From Yuukianura sp. NJ FZ-2021 (lineage: Eukaryota), in contig CM102283.1 of assembly GCA_046563655.1 (NCBI GenBank), positions 7,936,001 through 8,000,000 of the forward strand: a stretch of 64,000 bases of DNA. Reading direction: 5' to 3'. Positions 24,649-35,327 of the stretch are shown here, one piece after another. The position numbers and the translations under genes are program-made. The notes beneath the pieces are model-generated. The model worked only from the letters and a program-made list of their open reading frames with translations. It had not been told where the DNA came from and made no database searches. Within the stretch, counting starts at the first letter, position 1; each line of letters opens with the position of its first letter.

Positions 24649-25326
24649 AAAATGTTGTCAAAAACAGTTTATTTTCACAATTATAATTTTAAGCATTTAA
24701 TTTCCTCAATTATCCTAATCTTTGTATCTTCTACACGTCAAAACAAAAACAAAATTTCCCACACAATTTTCTCAGACAAAGTTCCTGATAAATTTGGATT
24801 TCTGTGAAGCTTCCTAAAATTTTCAAAAATTCAAATTTCGAGCGAAATATTTAGTGCACTTAGGAATTAGGCCCAACCCGCCACTTTGATCATGAGTCAT
24901 GATCATATTGTAGTACCTAACCTGTTATGCAAATTAGATTACTTAATTACACGAAAGTTAACTTAACAACAACAGAGTTGAATTTATGCCCACAGGAAAA
25001 TAGTTTAACTCTTGTAAAAACTCGACAAACTTTTGCTTACGGTTGAACTTCAAGGTTATTCACTTCCGTAAGGGTCACTACATACTGGAATTTCCACTTA
25101 AGATCACATGACTACTTTTGAAAACAATTTTTTCATTGTATAAATCTCCTACGTCAATCAAAATGATTTTGTGTACGTAGATTGTATGTAGTAAAGAGGA
25201 AGTTTCTGCTGGCGAACGGAAAGGTATATGACACCATCACAACAATTTTGAAATCAGACGACAGACTGTTTGAAATCTCTTTCAATCAATTGTGATAAGG
25301 AAATGTAGTTGTGCACACGTCAAGAA

Positions 25327-26708
25327 ATGGCGCCGAAATTTAAAATACAAACGTTACTTATTGTACTTTTTATCGTGTTTACTTGTGCTTACTATTCAGA
25401 GTGCAACAACTTCAAGGAATACACACCACAAGAGCGGATATTAATTCCAGAAGTAAAGACAAACATTTTAAACAAAACATTTTCTATTTAGAACATTTTG
25501 TTAAATAATTTTTTTAATAAAATTTCAGCTGTACAAACGAGTACGACTAAACTTAACACAAGATGTGATGCATGAAGACATTTACCTTGTTAGATACTTG
25601 AGAGGTTAAAATTTTTATGTTCTTTTTAGGAAAAAAAATTTTTTTTGTCTTACCTATGAAGAAAAACTAATTTTTTACGTTTTTTACACTTTTAGCTCAA
25701 CACCACAACGTTGACAAGGCAGAGACGATGATTCATACCGTAAGTTTCTATTAGTACTTTCTAAGTAAATTAGGATTTTGTAATATTATGTTGTAATTGA
25801 TTTAATTAAGGCTTTGAAATGGAGGAGAGAAAACAAAATAGACTCGATATTGGACGAAGACTGGTCATTTTGGATGCGGAAAATGCCATTTATAGACAAT
25901 TTTGTGGATTTTGATGGCCGTCCAGGTACGCAAAAAGGAAATTAAAATTTGAAAAACAGTTTTAAAAACTTAATTTTTAAATTTTAAGCTCTGGGGGGTA
26001 GCATGGGAAATACTGACATTCGGAGGTTTACGATACATGGCCACGGTGACCAACTACTGCGCTACGTAACGTTTATTTTGGAGCATGCCCTACACGGTCT
26101 GTCTGTAACTTCAAAAGTGGCGGGAAAAGACTACGTTGATGGATACGTCCTATTTGATTTTGCCGGTTTCGATCACCGTAGACATCTTTGCCAAGCTTGT
26201 AAGCTCAACGTATTCAATGTATAATATAAATAATATAAAATAAATAATAATATAAATAAATAATCTAAGACTAATTATTACACGTTGTATTAGGTATTGC
26301 ACTTTGGATGCGGTTATTGGAAATTTATGAAAACTACTATCCATATATGGGGCGTAGAATTTTTGTTGTCAATGGTGAGTCAAAGTTTTGAAACCTTTCA
26401 AAATTAAGTCAAAATTCTTTACTTAAGCATTTCCGTTTTACTTAAATTTAGTTCCGAGAATTCTTCCAAACTCACATGCTTACGGAAAAGTTATTGCCCA
26501 ACATTCATTCATAAAATCACTGCGATTATATGATTTTGACAAAGGGATTTGGGCAAAAGAACTTTTGAAAATATTTCCTGAAGATGTTCTCACCCGAGAA
26601 TTCGGAGGAACTGCGCCTGTCCAGTTTGTCAAAGTACAGAAACCCACACCACGTCCTCATTTCTACGACAAATTTAATACAAATAAGGCAAATCATACTA
26701 AAACGTAA
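25327..26708 (+). CDS. SEC14/CRAL-TRIO-like protein 7
   Basis: Begins MAPKFKIQTLLIVLFIVFTCAYYSEC. Contains YLVRYLR, HLCQAC, YENYYPYM and LTREFGGT; stop TAA at 26706-26708. Confidence 0.82.
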
Positions 26709-26748
26709 GTACTTCAGTAGCCTGACGTGTCTGTTTTTTGAAAACGAC

Positions 26749-26945
26749 CAGTACCAGTGTTGCTGGAAGGATAAAATATTTCTTCCACGCTTCTCAAAAG
26801 TGTTGGATATATCCGGATTTTATTGGTTTCTTCCGGCGAAATTCAATTTCGTCCATCAGAAACTGGATTTTATTCGGATTCATCCATTTATCCAGTGGAT
26901 ATAACCTGGACGAAATGCTAAAAAAGTGGATATCCAGCAACACTG
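26749..26945. mobile_element. Small hAT-like MITE just 3' of SEC14-like gene 7
   Basis: TIR CAGTGTTGCTGGA (26755-26767) and TCCAGCAACACTG (26933-26945). 8-bp direct repeat AAAACGAC at 26741-26748 and 26946-26953; the left end has an extra CAGTAC. Internal TATCC/GGATA motifs. Confidence 0.75.
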
Positions 26946-27440
26946 AAAACGACGTGTCGAAAAACTGTTGTTTTTTAAAATCCGGATACTAAAAAGTTTA
27001 TTTGATATTTGATATCAACTTCGTCTTGTGATATAATTTATATAAGACTGTGGGAATAAAATTTTAGAGTTTGAAGTAATAAAAATTTCAATTACGGACA
27101 AATTTTTTTTTACTTAATTAGGAAAAGTTCAGAAAACCTACCCCAAATTTCCAGTTTTTTGTGTAATTACGCACAAGTTAGCAACGAACGAATTACGGAT
27201 AAGTCTTCCGGTTGAAAAATATTTTTGACTGCTTAAGTTCTCACGGTCCTGCACAACAAAAATTTGTTCTTAATGGCAATTGCGCAATAATTGTTGCAGG
27301 ATTTGGTTCGTTCCTTGGTTAGGAATTTTCTGGACTGTGGTGTTGCCCAAAGTCTATGTCCAGCGTTTTGATAAGTTAGTAGTTTCTTTATTTTTTGGAA
27401 ATTTTGATTCTTCCTTAAATTTTAGAAATTTAAGCTCAAA

Positions 27441-28892
27441 ATGGCGCCTAGAGTCAATAGATTTGTATTCAATTGCTTGTTAATAGTTTTAAGTGTTTCT
27501 TACTCAAAGTGTGATGAATACACACGAGAAGAAAAAATGTTGATTCCAAAGGTCAGTTTTTTCATGTTCTCACAAAATTATTGTTACAATATTCAACCTA
27601 CTATCTATTCGATTTTACTACATAAAAGTTTGATAAATGTGATTTTACAGCTTTACAGAAGAGTGAAAATGAACTTAACACAAGATGTGATGCACGAAAA
27701 TATTTATCTCGTCAGATACTTAAGAGGTTTGAAATTTAAACTGTTTTGATAGTTTTGAAAGTTTTAAAAAAATAGGATTCCATTGTTATTCTTTCTTAAA
27801 TTTTAGCTCAACATAACAACGTCGATAGAGCAGAGGCTATGCTGCACAGAGTAAGTTTTGACATTAAAAAAATTCGTTCAAATTGTGCTGCGAACTTAGA
27901 AATACTTTTGAATTTTTGAAGACTTTGGAATGGAGAAAAGAAAACAAGATGGATTCAATTTTGACTGAAAATTGGGCTGGATGGATTCGCAGAGTGCCTT
28001 TTAGTGACACCTTCGTGGACTTTGACGGACGCCCAAGTACAACATTTTATAAATTATACTGAAATCATATTATAATTTTAATCTTTTAATTATATTAATT
28101 ATAAATATATTATTTAATTAAATTAATATAATGAATAACTTTCTAGGTCTTGGTTTGAGCATGGCTTTCATGGACGTACGCAAGTTTTTAATCGCTGGAC
28201 GAGGTGAAGAATTCCTACGCTACTTGACGTTTATTCTTGAGCATGCGCTGCACGGCCTCTCTGCTGTAGCACATGCCGCTGGAACAGATCTCGTCGATGG
28301 ATACGCCATGCTGAACTTTGCTGGATTCGACTATCGGAAACATCTTTGCCATCCTTGTAAGCTTATTTAACTTATTAACTAACCTTAAACCCAAACATTT
28401 CATGTACAGACAGAAGGACAGACAGACAGAGTGAGCTAAAGTGGCTTTAAATAACATTTTTTTCTTCAGGTATTCCGTTGTGGCAAAAGTTCTTAAACAT
28501 TTTTGAGAGCCACTATCCGTTTATCGCACGCTCAATTTTTGTCGTCAACGGTAAGTGTTTTGCAACAACAAAATCATTTTCTGTTGAGTTTTTAAATATG
28601 CTTTGATCAAAATTTAAAATTCTAAATTTTAGCTCCAAGAATCTTGCCTAATTTGCGCAAACTTTATCCAAATGATTTTGGATATCTGCATACTATCGAA
28701 ATAGTGCGAGTATTTGATTTTGACAAAGGGGCTTGGAGCCGGGAACTTTTGAAAATATTTCCAAAAGACGTTCTGACAACAGAATTTGGTGGTACTGCGC
28801 AAACGCAATACGTTCAAACACAATACCCCACGGCACGCCCAAATTTCCATAAGTACATCTATCCTCCAAAGTTAAACGCAACGAAAGTTTAA
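27441..28892 (+). CDS. SEC14/CRAL-TRIO-like protein 8
   Basis: Begins MAPRVNRFVFNCLLIVLSVSYSKC. Contains YLVRYLR, HLCHPC, FESHYPF and LTTEFGGT. Confidence 0.83.
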
Positions 28893-29321
28893 ATCATATT
28901 TATATTATACTTACAACTGATATTATATTCTACATGTATTACAAAATGAAATCAAGTAATGATAAACATTGCTTCAGTTTTTGTTTGTAAGTGCCCGTGT
29001 ATTTCTGTAGAATCTTACGAAATTTGAAGGTGAAACCAGTTTTCTATTCTCATCTAATTGAAAAAATGTATGGTAGGTAAACAAAAAAATGTCAAGAAAA
29101 AACACGTTTTAATTAACCAAAATTTCGCAACGACAATTTAGCTAATGATTTCCATTAGGGTTCCAGCTCTCGCAGGTTTCCACTTTATTTAATAACATCC
29201 TGTAAAGACGAAATATAGCTTCAAATTTCTTCAAATTTTCCAAATTTTCTGATTTCCAATATAGTCATTTACTTTTTCAAATTAGATATAATTGAAATTG
29301 AAACCAAAATACTGTTTTTAA

Positions 29322-31128
29322 ATGGTGCTAACGTTTAGCGCTCAAACAATTTTTACTATTTTGGTTCTTTTTGGAGCCATTTTGAATTCAAAATGTGACG
29401 AGTACACACGAGAAGAGCGAATTTTGATTCCAAAGGTGAGGAGATTCCTGTTCAATAGAAATTTAGTTTAACAACTTTTAAATATTATGCGTTTAATTGT
29501 AATTCATTAACTTTAATTTATTCTGTTTCTAGCTTTACAGAAGAGTAAAGATGAATTTGACACAAGATGTGATGCACGAAGACATTTTCCTCGTCAGATA
29601 CTTAAGAGGTTCGAAATTAATAGAAATGTACCATCATATATAAAATTTTCAAAAAAAAACATCGCTGTGAAATTTTTTTTAAATTTCATTTCTTGATTAA
29701 TTTCAGCTCAGCAACACAACATCGACTCAGCAGAAGCTATGCTTTATCGGGTATTTTCTTAGCTTTGTAAATTAAGTTACAAGCAAAATTTAATGCTTCC
29801 GGGCGCATGCCCAGTGTACGCAAATTTTTTTTATTTTACATAGCATGTATACTACAAATATTTTATGGTAGACTTTACAATGGCGAAAAGAAAATAACAT
29901 TGATTCCATTTTGGACGAGGATTGGTCTGCCTGGATTCGGAGAATTCCGTTTGCCGATAACATTGTTGACTACAACGGGCGTCCAGGTACACACAAAACA
30001 TTATTGTAATTATATCGGGTGTTCCAAAAGTAAGTTTTGCCGTTTTTCTCCCTGTGTAACTTCTCCATCTCATCTCCCATCTTCCACCATGGAGTTCTTG
30101 AAGCTTATGAGTTTTGTACAGAGACAGATGAAACTTACTTTTGGAACACCCGATACTATTGTATTGTATTGTGTATAGGATTAAATTATGTTATAATATG
30201 CTAGGTATCGCCGCAAGTGTAGTTCATTTTGACATTAGGAAGTTTTCATTGGCTGGTCGATTAGAGGAACTACTACGGTACGGAGCATTTGTTTTGGAGC
30301 ATGCGCTCCACGGTCTTTCAGGAACTTCAAAAGTGGCGGGAAAAAATTACACTGATGGCTACGTATTACTTAATGCAGCAGGATTCAATGAACGACAAAT
30401 TATTTGTCAGCCTTGTGAGTTATGATAAATACAAAAACTTAGGTTAAGCGACGATAGCATTACTACAATTAACTAAACATAATTAAATCAGTTACATTTA
30501 TTTAATTTCGTGTAGGTCGACTATTTTGGTTGCGCCTTTTGCACGTATACGAGAACTACTATCCATACTTGGGCAGAAAAATATTCGTCGTCAATGGTTA
30601 AATTAAACTTAGACTAATTAATTTCGTAGTAGGGCAATAGCCCGAAAACCAGAAGAGCGAATTCGACAAGTTGGCAACAATGCAACTATGTCAACAATGT
30701 CATTGAGTTTCAACGGTATGGTTTTTAAATGGTGTGGGCTAAGTTGCATTGATAATGCAGTGTTGCCAACTTGCTGAATTCGCACTTATAATTGTCGCGC
30801 TAATGCCCTGGAACTATTAATTTTACTTAAAATTCATATAATAAATATATTTAATTGTGAATTCAATGCAGCTCCAAGAATTTTGCCCCAAGCGGATGCA
30901 ATTGTAAAGGGAGTTGGTATACATACACTTACCATTATTGAGACGTACGACTTTGATAAGGGATACTGGAGCCGGGAACTTTTGAAAACATTTCCAGAAG
31001 ATGTTCTCACAACTGAATTTGGCGGAACTGCGTCGACGCAGTACGTTCAAACACAACGACCCACGCCACGCCCCAATTTCTACAACAAACTAATCAACCA
31101 TAACAAATCTAATGCTGCTAAAATTTAA
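29322..31128 (+). CDS. SEC14/CRAL-TRIO-like protein 9
   Basis: The first exon, MVLTFSAQTIFTILVLFGAILNSKC, is not in the ORF track. Contains FLVRYLR, IICQPC, YENYYPYL and LTTEFGGT. Confidence 0.82.
30015..30153. mobile_element. Mariner-like MITE (139 bp) in an intron of SEC14-like gene 9
   Basis: 23-bp TIR TCGGGTGTTCCAAAAGTAAGTTT and AAACTTACTTTTGGAACACCCGA, flanked by TA on both sides. Confidence 0.85.
30630..30810. mobile_element. Degenerate fold-back element/MITE in the last intron of SEC14-like gene 9
   Basis: Long imperfect inverted arms: TAGGGCAATAGCCCGA...GCGAATTCGACAAGTTGGCAACA versus TGTTGCCAACTTGCTGAATTCGC...TCGCGCTAATGCCCTG. No clear TSD. Confidence 0.6.
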
Positions 31129-32869
31129 CTCAATTTCATTTCAAACTGAAATGTAATTAACTACACATCGATAAAATCCAAAAAAAAGTTGTTGTTTTTG
31201 GAAAAACATGCTTCTGAAATAAATTAACAATTAAATTAGTAATAATTAAATTGCAAGTTAAAACTAAAACTATTTTTATACATTCTACTTCTTTGTGGAA
31301 CCAGTTCTGCTAGAAGTAAGTCAACAAGGAAATTCCATCGCATCAAATCTTTTCAAAGTCGTTTTACACACACAAAAATAATTTCAAATAAAAAATGCAA
31401 TTAGGTAAGAAAAAAATTAGAGGAAAACTTTGTATACCAATCCGTTTCTGGAATAATTCGAAATTGTAGTTTGGTAATTACGGTTGCTTCTTATAAAAAT
31501 TCCACTCTTTTTTTCTCAACTCGGCGTTTTTTTTTCTGAATTAGTTTGCATTTTCAGCACTGTATCAAGAAAGTACTTTTTTTTATGCTTGCCAATTGAC
31601 TATTTTTTATATTCAATGTTTTATTCAATATCAAATGGAAAACTAAAAACATCAATTTGGCTAAACGTTGGTCGTCTGGCGGCAATTTTAAATTTTGCCA
31701 GTAATTTAAGATTGACATTAAAATTTTGCCCGAAATGGCACTAAACCTTAGCATTAGAAATTCAAAAACGTTAAACTCTACGATGTCATTAACACAACCT
31801 TACCATCATTCTGTCAGAAATTAATTTGTAAAAAAAAGTTTCAAAAATAGTTCACTTTTCCGTTTTCCCATTCTTTTTTAAAAATCCCTGGGGGTGTAGC
31901 AAAGTTCACACGTTTCTATTGCATTCTATTTTAAGCTTAACATAAAAACCTTTTGAAATTTCAAGTCGGAAATGTTTCTTAAAACTTATGAATCGTGTGT
32001 ATAAGAATGCTGCGTTGTTCTTTCATAGATTCTTTGGAAACCCTGGAATAGCGCTGAAATTAATCATGCTAATGACACTTTCGCAAGATGACGTACAGTT
32101 ACATTACAATAGCTAATAAGTTGACGAAAGAGCAAAAGCGTTTGGATTGCGTTAACCTTAGGAAATTCTTGGAGTGGATTACAAATGAATGACATTAGTT
32201 AAATCCGGGGTGTACGAAAGTAGCGAACGTGGGGGCTGCTTTAGCGAACGGTTGCTGAAAACAGTAAAATATGTTGAGCCATAGCGCACTTAAGTTATAA
32301 ACGGCAAAAAGGAAAAGTTGACCTTTGACCCGGAAGGGGTCACCCGGCATATCATATGGTGTACACGAACGTTGTTTGAGATGAGAAACTTTTGTGTCAT
32401 TTTGAAGTATCGAGGATAAACCTGGCTGACCAACATTTTTGACCCGGAAGAAAAATTGGCCCAACGATCCTATCCATGCAATGAGGCGTCTGCAAAATAA
32501 TTGCAGCTGACGAAAGGCCGGCCGGACAGACAGACAAAGTAGATGCATAAAGTAGGTTTCACGACTTAATTACATTTACATTACATTGAACAGTTAACAT
32601 TACATTTAGATTGATGCAATAAGAGGAAATTAGTGTCATAGTTGGGTAAATATATTCATGACTGTAGTAACTAATTAAATCAATTAATAAGTTATTCAGC
32701 AAATTCATATGTAACTGGAGCTTTTGTGAAGTGTTTCTGTAAAATGTGCTGAGCTGCAATAAATGAATGGTGTGAGCAAGGACATGCAGCGTTAAGGCTC
32801 CATGTCAAAAGCTAAAGCAATTCCCAAATCTCAAACACTTCCACTGCGCTGTTTGAACAAGAAACAACT

Positions 32870-34712
32870 ATGAGGTCCACCACTCTTGTCGGTTTTTTCG
32901 TTCTAGTGTCAGCAGGTAAGTTCTATTTTTAAAAAGCTTGGATTTTCAAAAAAAAAAGACAAATTTCAAAAAACAAACTTAAACGTTAAGGGTTTAATGC
33001 AACTGAACGTAAACCAAGGCAAAAACAATTTCTTATTCAAATTTCATTCTGTTTTTTTTTATCGATTTTCTGAAATCTTTTGACTTTTTCATTTTTTTTC
33101 TCCACTTTTTTTAGGATTTCTAAAATCTGATCAGGATTTAGCAACCGACCAATTGCCAATTTGGGCTCAAGCGTCGCGTGGCCCTCCAGGAACAGCGACG
33201 AGTCCATCAGGAATTCCAGTCAAGAGTTTAACAGCATCTCAGACGGTTGGTTCCCACGGTCCAGTACTTCTCCAGGATTCAAATTACATTGAGCACTTAG
33301 CACGATTCGATCGAGAGCGTATTCCTGAGAGAGTTGTGCATGCCAAAGGGGGCGGAGCCTTTGGAATCTTCGAAGTGACCAACGACATCACGCAATGGAC
33401 CAAAGCCAAACCATTTGCCTCGATTGGCAAGAAAACGCCAGTGCTCATCCGCTTTTCAACAACAATGGGAGAATCTGGCGCCGCGGATACACTTCGGGAT
33501 GGACGTGGATTCGCCGTTAAGTTCTACACGGAAGATGGCAACTGGGACTTGGTTGGAAACAACTTGCCAGTATTTTCAATTCGTGATCCAATACTGTTTC
33601 CAAGTTTTGTCCGCTCCAGGAAACGTAACCCTGTGACGCATATCGCTGATCCCATTGCTTTCTGGGACTTTGCTTCCCTCCGACCAGAATCAACATTCCA
33701 CACACTTTTGATGTTCAGCGACTTAGGAATTCCGGATGGATTTAGAAAACAGCATGGATTTGGAGTTCATACGTTCAAGTTTGTGAATGCCGCAGGCAAG
33801 CCCGTTTATGTCAAGTTTCATCTGCAGACGAATCAGGGCCTGGGGACCCTTGACCCCAAAACGGCCCAGACACTGGCTGGCTCTGACCCTAGCTATGCTC
33901 TGCGTGACCTCTACAATGCAATTGCGTCTAAAAATTATCCATCATGGACCGTCGGAGTCCAAATTATGACATTCCGGGAAGCTGAAAGCTACAAATGGAA
34001 TCCATTTGATGTCACTAAATTGTGGCCATTCCAGGATTTTCCGTTCATTCCAGTTGGAAAATTGACTCTAAACAGAAATCCGACTGACTACTTTACTCAA
34101 ATTGAACAAGCAGCATTCAGTCCAAGTCACATGATTCCTGGAATTGAAGCTTCTCCAGACAGAATGCTCCACGGACGTCTCTTTTCATATCCAGGTTAGC
34201 CTAATCTTAAACTAACGTAGAACATAATCTTAGCATAACTTTGCTCAAATCTAGATACACAAAGATACCGACTTGGAGTGAACTTTCTGCAACTTCCGGT
34301 CAACCGTCCATCTCCCAGTGCTCCTGTCCATACGTATCAAAAAGATGGTCTGATGTGTTCAGATGACAATGGAGCAGGAGTGCCCAACTACTTTCCAAAT
34401 TCATTTGGTGGACCAATCGTGGACTTCCGGAGAGCCAACGATTCGGTTTTTGTCGTAGCTGCTCGTGATGTAGTGCGAGATGACCTTGGAGATGAAGACA
34501 ACTATTCACAAGTAGATTGGTACTGGAAAAATGAAATGGACCGAGGAGCAAGACAGAGATTTGTGGACAATTTGGCAGCAGATATTGCCAGTGTTACGCC
34601 AGAGATTCAACAGAGAGCGATCACGAATATGTTTGATCCGGTAAATACGGAAGTTGCAACCATGTTGAGAGCTGCATTGAGCAAAATTCGAGTGGCGAAT
34701 TTGAAACCTTAA
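32870..34712 (+). CDS. Cat: Heme catalase A with N-terminal signal-peptide exon
   Basis: Exons 32870-32915 ([15 protein letters not shown]), 33115-34194 and 34255-34712. Motifs [21 protein letters not shown] and proximal [14 protein letters not shown]. Confidence 0.92.
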
Positions 34713-35327
34713 GAAATCTTGTATTCAAAAAAATTTATTTGTTTTCTGTTTCGTAATAATAAAACTTTGCAAAGAATTTTTTCAGTTTTTTTGGAGAGTA
34801 ATAAAGTAGAATACATGCCCGTCTTTCTGGAACAGTTCCAGGTCAATATGCATTGACTTCAATTGAATTCTACGTCATTGTATTGACAAAACCTGCGCCA
34901 CAATCAAGTATGGGAAAAGTGCCCCTTAGGCGAGGACTAAAAGTAGTAATTGCCGCTGACAGAAGGCCAAACGGACAGACAGACAAGGTCAATGCATCAA
35001 GTAGCTTTCGCGACTTAATTACATTTACATTTAGAATTTACCATGTAACATTACATATAGATTAGTCAGATTGATGACACAAGAGGAAATTAGTGCCATA
35101 GTTGGATAAATATGTTCATTAGTGTAGTAACTGATTAGATCAATTAAGTTATTCAGCACATTCATATGCAACTGGAGCGTGTCAAGTACTTCTGTACTTA
35201 GACTGCCCTAAACCAATGGGGTGATAGTGTGAATAAGGATATGCCTCCGTAGGCTCCAATCATCAAAACTTCAAGAAATTCTCAATTTCTAAACATTTCC
35301 ACTGTGCTGGTTGAACAAGAAACAACC

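Larger units (their letters stand above)
19615..24913 (+). repeat. Recent tandem segmental duplication of SEC14-like genes 5 and 6, including upstream and downstream flanks
   Basis: Non-coding flanks align: TTTTTGATTGACGTCCAAATTGCTGAC at ~19619 and ~22703, and GATCATGAGTCATGATCA.ATTGTAGT at ~22663 and ~24888. Confidence 0.85.
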
